A stretch of 64,000 nt of DNA from Daphnia carinata (GCF_022539665.2 NC_081331.1:7688001-7752000); one strand, 5' to 3'; positions 49,854-61,937 are shown, counted from the stretch's first letter. Notes: a model not told the origin generated them from the sequence alone. Made by a program: numbers and translations.

Positions 49854-52649
49854 ATGACGGATGATGTTATTTATGGCGGACCTAAGATACCTCGCACGCC
49901 TGTAAGCACCCCCCTTGTTCCCCTAACGCCAGTGGTACAAATCTCCGACGAAACGGTTGCTAAGTTAATTGATTTTGAGAAACTATCCGATCGCCCTTCG
50001 TCCACGTTAGACAAAGTTCAGGGCTGTAAAGCGTCAGAAACAGAAACTGAAGCCGGTAAGAAGTCTGCTTCTCCCGTTTCGAAACCTAAATTGCAGATAG
50101 ATAATACTCAGTTAAGTAAACTACGGTCGAATCCTGCTTATGAGGAAGTGGCTCCGTTCGTTAAACCCACCACTAAAACAACTGGTGCACGTGCTAAATC
50201 TACTGCTGCAGCCACTCAACGTCCACGATCGGTTGATGCTAAGTTCTTTTCTCGTCTTTCTCCTCCAAAATCACCTACGAAAAGCGAATCAAAGGCTAGT
50301 CTCCTCTCGAGTACTCTTTGAAGCTTCTTCCAAAAGAAAAGCCCAGTGAATGGACGATTACCTCAACTTGAGCCTCCATCACCTATACCACGAGATCCAG
50401 AGCAATCCATCCAAAGTATTTCCGACGCCGTCGAGTCCGATTCCGTCCCTGATATTAGCACTCAAGTGCCTGAAGGAGAGGGTGTTGGACTTCCAGTCAC
50501 ACGACCCGAAAATTTGGGACCAGCTGAACCGGCTACTGAACGATTTCGGGCTGAGAGACCGCCCCCTGGGCAAACCGCAGTTGCTGACGAACGTGGAGAC
50601 GCCAACAATATTCCTGAAATACTTAGCTGCGATTCAAGAAGTGGGGGCCAGCGGGCAGATAAAGCGGACGACGTGGAAGGCGGATCAACAGGCGTCCGAG
50701 TTGACGACGTCCTTTACGACGTATGCGAGGCAGTTTACGACGTTCCTGTTAGGACAAACGTACAGCATAGAGGAATTGCAGACGCTCGTACCAGCGAAGG
50801 ACACGACCCTCTTCGGCTTTGTGCCGAGAGCGACGACGCAAATCAGCGAGGAGGAGAGGCAATACGAGTTTCTGATCCTGGAAACGTTCGAATTCTCGAT
50901 CCACCTGGAGAAAACCTTGTTGGAATTCCAGCTGACTCTTCTCACGGCCATACTAAACCTACTCTCGTTCATAAGAAAACTACAATCAATCACCAGCTTG
51001 GAATCACTGTTACTCGAACTGATACTCCTCGGGAACAGATTGTCCCACTTCCGGAGAGGGACAAGACCGTGCCACAAGCAGCTATCGGCCATCGTCAAAG
51101 ACGTCCTCGCCCAGACTGCCAAACAATTGAAACAGTTGCTATCGTCCATTCGGGAAACCCAGGAAGAGCTGGAGATCACCCCAACTTGTCCGACATCATC
51201 ACAGCAGATAGACAAACGCAAGACAGAACGACTACGATTCCGAAACCGTCGATACCACTGACCGACAACAATATTGGCGAATCCCGGCCAGTTTCGAACC
51301 GCATTCCAGGCGCCGCGCAATCTCACCATCACAGGGCTCCAAACTCTCCTATAACTTTTTTTACCAACAATATGGTTTACTCTTATTCCCCTACCAGGGC
51401 AGCTACAGTAAACGATTTAAATGATTTACAAAACAACCAGCATACCTTTCCACGATTACAATTACTTCCTCCCTTTTCCGGTAGTCCAATTACTCGCTTT
51501 GACTCTTGGCTAGAATCTTTTGAGAGTATAGTTGATGGGGCAGGATGGTCTGAAGGGAAAATTATTCAGATGATGCGAGCAAAATTAACAGATAAAGCTT
51601 TTTCACTCATACAAACCTTAATTAAAAAACATCCATACGACTATGGTTCCATTAAAACGGCTTTGCTCGATCACTTTCACGGGGATGAAAATGTTGATGT
51701 ATACATTACGAAATTCAATAAAGCTAAACGTAAACCTGGGGAAAAAATTGTAGATTATGCTCATCGTCTACAAGAAATTTTTAAAAAGGCATATCCTGAT
51801 GGTTATATGGAAAAATCTTTCGCAGTTATTCTCATGCAGAAATTTATCGAAGGATGGGATTCAAAATTGCAAGCTAAGGTCAGATATAAGGAATTCAAAG
51901 ATTTCCACGAGCTCGTAGCAGCAACTCGCGTTTACGCCGTTCGGCTGGAAGCCTTGGAAACAGACAATGAGAAGCATGAATTTGTTAGGGCAATTGACGA
52001 GTCATTTAGCACAAAAAATTCGGAATTAAAAGAACTTAAGCAAATGTTAAGTGACCAGAAAGAAATTGTAAGCAGTGCCGTTGCCAATATTCGCCATAGC
52101 CATAAGCAAGGGGATAATCCAAAGTCGGATAAAGATGAGATTAAGGATGTTCTTCACGAACTCATACAGGCTGTTAAACGACTCCAGCATGATACGAAAG
52201 ATTATTCTCCGGCTACACCAGGCCCTTCTTATAGGAAACAAGTTTCATTCCAATCGAATAACGCTAATCAAGACGGAAACTGGAGGCCTCCCCAGCATCG
52301 TCTCAGTAATAATTATAATAATAATTATTATAATCCCAGCCCTTACCAACACCAACCTTCTCGATTTCCAAACAGACCGACGCCAGTTGCGTCCTCTTTC
52401 TCGAGGCCACCTAGCAATAATAATAATAACAGGTCAGATCAGCAGATCATAACTTGTAATTTTTGTGGTTACTGCGGTCACACTCAGTCCAATTGTCGTC
52501 AATTTCAGCGTCACACTCTGGAACAAGCCCAGCCTCCAATCTGCTATTCCTGTCGAGAAATTGGGCATACGTCTAATAATTGTCCAAAATATAGGAATTC
52601 GCAAAGACCTAAAATTCCAGGGCCCCCTCGACACCAGGGAAACCAGTAG
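49854..52649 (+). CDS. Gag with a long disordered N-terminal leader and one in-frame TGA at 50319-50321
   Basis: ORFs 49764-50321 and 50346-52649 share a frame. Capsid-like LPPFSG...FDSWLESFE...RKPGEKIVDYAHRL; two knuckles CNFCGYCGHTQSNC and CYSCREIGHTSNNC. Confidence 0.88.
50350..51261 (+). CDS. Putative overprinted ORF, 303 aa, +1 frame relative to gag, unknown function
   Basis: ATG start, stop-free for 303 codons, Leu-rich and helical-looking, entirely inside the gag leader. Confidence 0.55.
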   Translation: MDDYLNLSLHHLYHEIQSNPSKVFPTPSSPIPSLILALKCLKERVLDFQSHDPKIWDQLNRLLNDFGLRDRPLGKPQLLTNVETPTIFLKYLAAIQEVGASGQIKRTTWKADQQASELTTSFTTYARQFTTFLLGQTYSIEELQTLVPAKDTTLFGFVPRATTQISEEERQYEFLILETFEFSIHLEKTLLEFQLTLLTAILNLLSFIRKLQSITSLESLLLELILLGNRLSHFRRGTRPCHKQLSAIVKDVLAQTAKQLKQLLSSIRETQEELEITPTCPTSSQQIDKRKTERLRFRNRRYH

Positions 52650-52679
52650 CTATCAACTGTAGCTTCAGGTTAGTTGATA
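52637..52679 (+). promoter_or_regulatory. -1 ribosomal frameshift signal between gag and pol
   Basis: G GGA AAC in the gag frame two codons before the stop. The -1 frame is open into pol. Downstream stem TATCAACT...AGTTGATA. Confidence 0.82.
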
Positions 52680-55600
52680 ACGAGCCTCATATTAAACCCC
52701 GACAAGTCGCAAAATTAACCACTATTACGAATGAATCGACCCCTAGAATTCCATTGAAAATTTTTCAGATCCCGTTACAAGCATTATTTGATACAGGCGC
52801 GGCTAAAAGTATTATCCATGAGAGATTACTTAATAAGTTACCCCCTAGAGTTCAGGTGATCTGCAGTCAGCTTGACTTCGATTTATGTGATGTAGGGGAG
52901 AAGAAATTACATACGCTGGGAAGAGTTATTTTACCCGTACGATACGGAGAAACAGTTTTTGAGCAAGAATTTATTGTTACTAATGGTGTTTCTGAGGACT
53001 GTATCCTTGGATGGGATGCAATCCAGAAGCACGGATTTCGGCTTGACGGAGAAGCCAGGAGCATTTACCTAGCGAGGGATGAGCAGGGATCAGCCATCTC
53101 TAAGGTACCCGACATGGCAGTTGCTACGGTCAAAAAGACGACGCTATTTCGTCAGACGTCGATAGTAGTTGCAGCGCAAATGAAAGATTCATTTCCGTAT
53201 ATCCCACAAAATACAGCGTTTATATTTACCCCAGCAAAAGATCTGCCAGCAGGCATTTATATCGAAGAATTTATCGGCAATGTATCGGGAGATGGAACTT
53301 ATAAAGTTTTGGTCGAGAATCATTCACTACATCAAATCAAAATTCCTAGAAACACTAAATTAGGCGTAATTGAAATAGTTGGGAATATTATCGGAAAAAT
53401 TTCTTTAGCGAAATTAGAAGATAATCCTAAACCAGTAACTGAGCCAGTTTTAATCACAGAAGTAGATTCCGAATTTCAAGAGCCGCTTTCAAAATTATTA
53501 CATGACTTTCACGAATTGTTCGCGTCCAAAGATTCAGAATTAGGAAACACCAGCCTTATAAAACATACGATTGATACACAAGGACGAGGCCCCATTCGAC
53601 AACGCCCATACAGAGTAACAAATAACCAAAGGAAATTATTAGATGATAAAATTCAAGAAATGCTTGATGCAGATGTAATCCAATATTCGCATTCTCCATG
53701 GGCTCCACCCGTGGTTTTAGTAGAAAAGAAGTGTGGAGAAGTAAGATTTTGTGTAGATTATAGAAAATTAAATAGTATTACGAAAAAAGATTTATTCCCT
53801 ATGCCTAGAATAGACGAAACATTAGACAAATTATATGGGAAGAAATTTTTCACAACTCTTGATTTAGCTTCAGGCTTTTGGCAAATTCAGATTGATGATC
53901 CAGCTATTGAGTAAACAGCGTTTGTGGTAGAAAACAACCTCTACGAATTTAAACGTATGGCATTTGGATTGTGCAATGCACCTGCCACATTCCAACGGCT
54001 AATGAATTACGTACTGAAAGACGTTTTGGGAAGTAAAGCATTAGTTTATTTGGATGATGTTATAATCTTTTCCGACACTTTCGAAGATCATTTACGTGAT
54101 ATTCGAGAAATTTTTGAATTATTACGGGATGCCAATCTGAAATTGAAACTCAAGAAATGCCAGTTTATTAAACTCTCAGTAAATTATCTAGGTCACGTAA
54201 TATCGACCGATGTTATTAAGCCTGATCCGAGCAAAATTGATAAAATAGTCAATTATAAAACACCGACTTCAGTCCTGAAGTCAGATCATTTCTCGGATTA
54301 GCTGGATACTACAGAAGATTTATTAAGGATTTTGGATCGATTGCCAAACCGTTAACTCGTTTGACTCATAAAGATCTTAGCAGGAAGCCTTTTAGTTGGG
54401 GACCCGAGGAACAAGTTGTTTTCGAGAAATTGCGCAATTCTTTAGTAACGCCACCAGTTCTTGCTTACCCCAATTTCAATGAAAAATTTATCCTTTTCAC
54501 CGATGCCTGCGATTACGGCATTGGAGCAGTGCTATCCCAAATTCAAAATGGCCAGGAACACCCCATAGCCTACTCCAGTAGACAGTTAACAAAAGCAGAA
54601 TCGAATTATAGTACGATAGAGAAGGAAGCCTTAGCAGTCGTAAATGCCATCAAGCATTTTAGGCATTATCTATTGGATAAACCTTTTGAAATTATCAGTG
54701 ACCACCGTCCTTTGCAATGGCTTAAAGAACAAAAAGATAATAATGGTAGATTAGGAAGATGGGCTATACTATTGGCCGCAACGAATTATGAATTAAAATA
54801 TAGGCCGGGACGTGTTCATCAAAACGCAGATTGCCTGTCACGCTTAAAAGTAGCTAGTATACAAGCAAGTAGGAATATTACCTTAATTTGTGAGAAACAA
54901 TTGGAAGACAACCTTTGCATAGCCATTCGTAATTATTTGGATAACGGAGAACTTGAGGAATCTATTCTTCAATCTAAACCAGATTGGGTTAAAGAAATTG
55001 ATTATTTTGAAGTTATTGATGGTACACTTTACTGGCATGTGCTGCCATCTGCCGGTAGCAAAAGAAACGAAACCAACCATCAGTTAGTCTTGCCTGCATC
55101 GTTACGCCATCTAGTGCTCAAAGAAATACATGACGCACCGATGGGCGGACATTTAGCTTTTTATAAAACCTATTTGAAAATAAAGAATCATTATTGGCCA
55201 AATATGAGAAAGGAAATTAAAGAATACTGCCAGGCTTGTGAGGTGTGCACCGCCAACACTTCTTCAACATATAGGGCGTTGTTGCATCCTCATGAAATAG
55301 CAAAAGCTCCTTTCCAAGTCATTGGGATGGACTTTTTGGGCCCAATTACGCCAATTTCACCTAATGGAAATAGTTATATTTTAGTCATTACCGATTATTT
55401 TAGCCGGTGGGTAGAAGCTGTTGCGTTAAGGGATCAAACAGAACAGACGACAGCAAAATGTGTATATAAGACAATTATAGTTAGACGTGGTATGCCTAAA
55501 GCTATTCCTTCTGATCGTGGAACCAATTTCACGTCGAAGCTATTCCGTTATTTCTGTAAAAAATTACAAATTGATCAAAAATTAACAACTGCTTACAATC

Positions 55601-56652
55601 CAGCTAGCAACGGAGAGACTGAAAGATTTAATCGAACATTAACAACAATGTTGAGAAAGGAATTAAAAGATGGTGAACATGAGAACTGGGAAGATATGCT
55701 GGATGATGTTTTATTTGCTTACCGTAGTTCTGTCCATTCTTCGACATGTGAAACCCCGTATTATTTACTGCACGGTAGAACTCCCAATATACCTATTAAT
55801 GAATTCCTTAACGCTTCCCCAAAAACATTTACCTCCGCATCGGATTACGTAGGTAATTTGACTGAAGGCTTGCGTTACAGTTTCCAGCGCGTCCGTGAGG
55901 AGAGCAAAAAAGCAAGGAAACGTCAGAGGGAACAATATAATAAAAGAGCAAATGTAAAACAGTATATGGTAGGTGATAGAGTATTATTAGATATTAGGGT
56001 AGTTAAAGAGGGCGATAGTAGGAAATTTACCTCTAAATATAAAGGTCCTTATAGAGTTGTAAAAGTTTATTCCAATAATACAGTTGATATTGCTGATAAT
56101 TCATACATCTGTCAACGAACTCACGTTAACCGTCTAGAACCCCTGTACGAAACAATGTTATGGAAAGACGAACATTGTCCCCCTATCGAGACGCCTCCGA
56201 AGTTCGAGAATCGATTTCGTAAGTCGATTTCCACCCAAACAATGGAAACTGTGGAAAATATGGAGCTAACAACAAGCGAATCGGAAAACGTGGATGTGGA
56301 AGTAAGTCCACTAGAAATTGTGGATGCGGAAAATGCGGAATTGGAATCCGCAGAATTGGAAATGGCAGAAGAGAAAATGGACGCCAACGCTAACAGTAAA
56401 CAACCATTATGCCTCAACGACAAAATTCAAGATATACATGATTCGGTTGACGATAACTCAATCGAAGCTGACATATTGTTGAACCGTCATAATCCAACAC
56501 CGATTCCCGAAAACAATGTAGTTACCATCAATTTGGAATCTGAGGGCCGACAGGTGGCGCCAGCCATCGATCAGCCGGAAGAATTGCCACCCCAAAATGC
56601 TACCGGACGCCCGCAAAGAAATCGAAGACTACCAATGCGTTATAGAAATTAG
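52637..56652 (+). pseudogene. Pol (protease, RT, RNase H, integrase); stop at 53912-53914 and frameshift near 54280
   Basis: LFDTGA, FCVDYRKLN, MAFGLCNAPATFQ, VYLDDV, FTDACDYGIGAVL, SDHRPL, HDAPMGGHL...CQACEVC, SDRGTNF, NGETERFN, GPY. Confidence 0.95.
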
Positions 56653-56747
56653 AAGCGTTTTTCCGAAACAAAGTCAACGATCACATAACGAACGACGTGT
56701 ATTTAACAGCAAGAAATTTCAAAGGGACTTCACAACGTTTTTGACAC

Positions 56748-57224
56748 TTGTTGAGTCGAGTTCACCAAAATCGCGCTCCAAATTTAAACTTCCGTGAAGA
56801 TGGACCCGTGCGCCAACTCAACCAATCAGCAAACCCAGGCAGCTTCCGAGTGGCTAAGTGCCGAAGAGCAAGCCGGAAAAGCGATGGCACCATCCCAATC
56901 TACGACGATTGGACTCCCGTTCCGGAAAAACCTACCAACATCGTTAGCCAGACGCCTCAGTCCCCGGAGCTCGACGACATGGAGTCATGGGACATGGAAC
57001 GTCAACGCTACGAGCGCCGCATCGAGGAACGTACGGCCGCGCTCACCCGTCAATTAAATGCCGATCTTTACGCCGAAGATTGGGGAGGAGCAGTCACCAC
57101 CCTCAAGCAAATTCTGGACTTGGATCCAGGAAAGCGCCACCCCCCTCTTTTCAACTGGTCGCCGGACCAGTGGGGCACTGGTCGTAAAAGGCAGAGGTGC
57201 GACCCTATCACCATCCAAAACTAA
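56748..57224 (+). CDS. Accessory ORF A, unknown function; true start uncertain
   Basis: C-terminal half is similar to ORF B (ILDLDP motif); AATAAA at 57391. Confidence 0.55.
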   Translation: MLSRVHQNRAPNLNFREDGPVRQLNQSANPGSFRVAKCRRASRKSDGTIPIYDDWTPVPEKPTNIVSQTPQSPELDDMESWDMERQRYERRIEERTAALTRQLNADLYAEDWGGAVTTLKQILDLDPGKRHPPLFNWSPDQWGTGRKRQRCDPITIQN

Positions 57225-57723
57225 GACAACGGAAAACGAAAAGATCAGGACCACCAACAAGACATTTTTTTTCTCTTTCCCCTTATTTACTCTCACCCCA
57301 GTAGAAACATGTGTTTATTCCCCATAGAATAGGACTCTCACAAATTTTGTTTCCCTCTTCTCATTATATTCTCTACTCAAACATAAATAGAATAAACACA
57401 ATAGGATGCATAGAAACTCCGCCGACCTTTCATTATATTACTATTTAAGACGAAATTTGAGATATAGGGACGCTATGAAACAGGCGAATGAAAAAAAGGG
57501 GAAATATAAGATAGACACCTGCTGAACAATCAAGTGGCACCTCGAGGGACTTAGTGTTGAACTCGAATTTTTAACAAAAAACAAAAGAAAGGAAGCTGGA
57601 AACTACAAGTGGAAGGCTTGATTATATAAGTCAATACGTCTCGAACGTCGGGACCACACTCGCAACTCGTCAACGCTACAGACCAGGAGCTAAAGAGTGA
57701 AGCCGACCCACAATCGATCTAAA

Positions 57724-58098
57724 ATGGCTGCGAACAACTTCCGTCGGCCACAGATACCCCAGATCGAACGCGTTCGCCGCAATCCTAAAACCGGGGACAA
57801 CATAGTAGTACAAGAAGCTAACAGCACCACTTCGACAAAAGAAGACGTCGACCGGGCCGTAAGCGCAGCCTGCGGAAGAAACTCCATCGACAATCAACGA
57901 CCGTTCCGAAGGCGGCTGATGGATATGGAACACCATCTCCAGAACCGCTGGAGAGTAGCCCGGCTCACAAAATCTCGGACGGAGAAACTCGTCCAGCTAA
58001 TCGAACAACAGGTCTGGCAGAGGGCCACAGAAGTCTTCGAAGCAATTCTCGATTTGGACCCTGCAAATCGCCGCCCATCATCGCAAGAAGAAAATTGA
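57724..58098 (+). CDS. Accessory ORF B, unknown function
   Basis: TATATAAG at 57623-57630, AAAATGG start context, AATAAA at 58172; similar to ORF A. Confidence 0.62.
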   Translation: MAANNFRRPQIPQIERVRRNPKTGDNIVVQEANSTTSTKEDVDRAVSAACGRNSIDNQRPFRRRLMDMEHHLQNRWRVARLTKSRTEKLVQLIEQQVWQRATEVFEAILDLDPANRRPSSQEEN

Positions 58099-58845
58099 GA
58101 AAAAAAAAGGAAACCTTTGCATTTATACTCGATTCATTCTCTCATGCCTGTTTGTATCCGTTCTTGCCCTCAATAAATAAATCAGACAAAAAAACTAGTT
58201 ACTTGCCCATGTTCATATATATCTCTATATATGAACTAACCCACTAGCTAGAGTCAGGCAAAAGAAAGAGAAGGGATAAGAGTAACAGAAAGAGAGAAAA
58301 CTCTTATAAGCCGATACAAAAAAAACAAACATATACTTAAACTTAGAATAGAAAAATAACAAAGTAACTTCCCGCGTTAGCGCTATGCCCTACTTTTCAG
58401 TAAATTGTCTAAGTCCAAGTTGTTTGTCCTTTCCCTTTTTGCCGCAATATTCCCTTCCTGACGTAGGTTTTCTTGAAATTCTTTAACACAGTCTTTTCCC
58501 TATTTTCCTTCTCTCTTGGGTCCCTCTAATATATATATACAAGAAAAACATTAGTCCATATACCCCATAAGCCTACGAATATTTCACTAAGAAATTTACG
58601 CCTATTTTACCCCAACCTCTTGTGTCTGCGACAAATGTCCCTTGTCTCGCACAAGCCGCTTTTTCTTTCTTCCCCAGATGTTCGTTCCCCTTTTTAGCGT
58701 TATTTTGTTTCTTTCCCCATACCATTTCTCATGTGTTGGACTTAGAAGATAAAAACCTAAATTTCACGTCGTTTATTTTTGATAATAGATAACGAATGTA
58801 ACATTTTGCGTAATTTAGCACCCTTCTTGATGGGTGAGTTATCTA

Positions 58846-58916
58846 GTTCTACTGAGAATTCGAACCTCAGACCCCAAGCATCACAGATGAGCACTCTGTC
58901 ATTGAGCTATTAGCAC
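58846..58916 (-). ncRNA. tRNA-like / pseudo-tRNA unit (GTG at the anticodon position)
   Basis: GTGCTAA TA GCTC AATGACA GAGT G CTCAT CTGTGAT GCTTG GGGTC TGAGG TTCGAAT TCTCA GTAGAAC. A and B boxes are present, D and T stems pair, acceptor stem pairs 5/7, anticodon stem is broken. Confidence 0.65.
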
Positions 58917-59481
58917 CTGTGTTACGCCTTGCGTTGAGCTTAGGAAAAATGCACCCTTCAAGCCCACCAAGCGCGCCCTTTCCCTTCACCTTGCTCGTGT
59001 TTCACTAGCCTTTTACCCTATCTGTATACGTCCTTTGTTTAACTAATTGAACGTGGTCCCTATGTGCCTTTCCGTCTTTAAATTGTAAACTGCATCTTTT
59101 ATCCTCCTGTTTAAACGATTCATTATTTTCGAGAATTTTCTTCGGCATCATTGAGATTGTCTTTTCCTCTTCCTAATGACACCAGTTATGACATAAACAT
59201 ATTCCCCTGTATACCCGATAAAACGCGTTTTTCTATGCCTTATATGCGCATTTTTACTCGCTCGCGACCATCGGCAACTGTTTAAAGGCCGACGGGAGAG
59301 CGTTGACCTTTTTCGATTGCCGTCATATATACTTTCCGCTTTTGCTTTTTATTTTACCTTCTCTTTTATATTACTCCCCTAGTTTTAAGAAACCCACGTG
59401 ATGATGTGTGATGCTTTTATCTATACCTTCCTCTGTTTGATATTGACTGTAATGTTTACTATATGTTGCCCTCTATAGAAA

Positions 59482-61174
59482 ATGTCGCTGATTCCATTCA
59501 TACTGTTGCTATGCCTTTACGGGTTACACCCACAGGCATTTCAAACAACCGTATACGACTGTTCCGAACCATTAAAGACGGGAATACTCCAATTCTCCGA
59601 TGATAATTGTCAAGCAATTGCGCCCGATAATAAGGCCGTGAAGGTGAAATATGCGATTTATAGCGAAGAACGTGCCGCGGCTAAATTTCCCGGATATATT
59701 TGCGCAAGATGGAAGAATATACGGCGCATCACCATGAACTTTTTCGGTCAACTAGTGGTAGTGCCGGATAAAATTTCGATTGACACCCGCCGAGTGTAAC
59801 GAAATGATTAACCATAAACGTTGTGACGAAAATCGGATGACTTTTTCTTACGATAAATTTGTATTTGATCGCGAACCTGACATTTTCGGATATTGGTTAC
59901 AAACAATTGATTCTGAAATTATAAACTGCGTTCTGGAGAAAGTGCTACTTTTTCAGCAACACGAAGACGCCGATTTTACAACTCCGATCGGAACAGCTTC
60001 CGCCACGACTGGAAATTTATCACACAATCACTTAACACCGATTTGGGATAAAACCTATACACAGAAGACTAAACCGAAAACCCGACTAGTGGAAGATGGA
60101 ATGGGTACACTGGTCCGTCTACCGGGTGACGAAATAATTTTCAGGCTCCAAGATGACGCCCAACAACTTGATTTTCATTTGACGCCTATACAACGCTGTG
60201 CCTCCCTAGAAAACGAATGCACCAATAAAACTTCGTCGTTTGAGATCATCGGCCAATCAAAACTCACCGTTTCGACGGCGGCCATCATGGAAAATTTAAC
60301 AGCCACTTTGGAGACCCCAGCGCCATCTACCGACGAAAATCTAAACGTACCCGCGAATATACAATATATTCGAGACCAACTTACCGATCATTAAAATGAA
60401 TTGGCAAGACAAATTCGACTAATGCAATGTGAGGCTCACCACGCTAAACACGAAAGGGCTGTTACAACTGCTCAATATAACGGATGGTTAGCAGCTTCGC
60501 AGTTAAATTTACCACAGTGCACAAAATTACAAGCCTTTGGAAAAACGGTTGTGCTGATTCAATGTAAGGCTTTAAATGTTACATTTGAGACTATACTGAC
60601 ATCTTGCGGACCGCAACCGAAATTTCAAAATTACACTATTAATCTTGACGGATGGGAACTTGTGAAATATTCCCCTTGTTACTGGACTAATGGTTTTGTT
60701 AATTTTAACGACAAACCTTATGCCTACCGTAACGAAACCTGGTTACCAATTGAAGCAAACATTGTGTTACCGAAACAGACGCTTGCGCATTCTTTTCGGT
60801 ATGAAAATGTCGAATTCTTCGACTACGAACATCGAAGCAACCCGGCATATACCGACAATATGCTAAATCATATGAACATTATGGCCGATATAGCCGCCGC
60901 GATTAATGAACATCCTCCACCTGAATTTGCCTTACGCCACAAATACAGTGCATCGAATGTCTTACTGACATCGGCTAGTGTCGGAACTTATACATCTTGG
61001 TGGGACACCATCACAAATTACTTCTTCATCGGCATATTATGTCTCTTAGTGCTTCTCTTCTTACGCATATGTTACGCCTGCGGTCTTTTTACACTCATCT
61101 GGGCTGTATGCTGTCGCCCTTCCGATCATCCAAGACCTGTGGCTCGCGAATCGATTCCGATTCATCAACTCTGA
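59482..61174 (+). pseudogene. Env glycoprotein, class III fusogen-like; frameshift near 59785 and stop at 60392-60394
   Basis: Signal peptide MSLIPFILLLCLYGL, Cys-rich ectodomain with N-glycosylation sequons, C-terminal TM FFIGILCLLVLLFL. Splice acceptor CTCTATAG ends at 59478, just before the ATG. Confidence 0.85.
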
Positions 61175-61207
61175 TTACGGGACGTAATCTCACGCCGCCG
61201 GGAGTGA

Positions 61208-61937
61208 TGTAACGAAGCCGAACATATTACTTTAACTTTTTCTCGCTTTTGCTTCAGTAATAAACGCAAGTCTGGACATAGCAATTGCAACACTATATAC
61301 GCAGTGCAGCTGACCCAAATGAACACCTGCAGCTGACTCACGCAGACGATACGCCCTCAACATCACGCCACATCAAACGGCATCGTTTAATTGGCTGCCG
61401 CGTGAATGCACAAGCTCCGCCCAATCACGCCACTTTTGCAGTATGCAAAGTTTCGTGATAAACCTAGCAGTTGACGGAAATCAGACAAGTAGTTGCAGCC
61501 GTGCCAAATAGTCGTCTTAAGTCAATCTTCCCCGCCTTATTGAGTAGTATTGTGCCTTGCTTAATGTTTCCTTGCCTAAACTTTGAGTTAGAATTCGTTC
61601 TTGTCCCGAGCTATCCCGGACATTGATTGTCAGATTCTTACGAATCTGAACTCTTGTTGTGTATCGCTCGTGTGGAAGCTGAAATCCAAGTCCGCCTTGT
61701 GTCGTTTTCTTACATTCTTTCACTCGTGAGTTCACGGTAAGACCCCCTGTCTATTTGTTCTTTCTTTTAACTGTTTTCCCGAATGTTTCTTATCTTTTGT
61801 TCTCTTACCTTTTTAATTCTTATGTCTTAGCTTACAATAAACACATACGTCATTGTGGGTAAAACGCCTCGAGTTCAATTTACATTTATTGTCTTAATCC
61901 GTAAAGTCCATCTTCCCATATGGGAAGATGCTATACA
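61208..61937 (+). repeat. 3' LTR, 730 bp
   Basis: TG...CA ends, AATAAA near 61836, followed by the TSD CATT. Confidence 0.9.

Larger units (their letters stand above)
48927..61937 (+). mobile_element. env-bearing Ty3/Gypsy (retrovirus-like) element
   Basis: Ends TGTAAC...TATACA with 4-bp TSD CATT (48923-48926 and 61938-61941). LTR copies at 49468-49819 and 61208-61937, PBS, gag, pol and env. Confidence 0.93.

Noticed and set aside
50319..50321. Programmed stop read-through in gag
   Set aside because: The element has several other lesions, so a CGA>TGA-type mutation is the simpler explanation.
50685..51332. 215-aa antisense ORF as a third overlapping gene
   Set aside because: Probably a shadow of two open sense frames; no motif or start context supports it.
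58846..58916. Functional tRNA-His gene
   Set aside because: The anticodon stem does not pair and the acceptor stem has two mismatches; kept only as tRNA-like.
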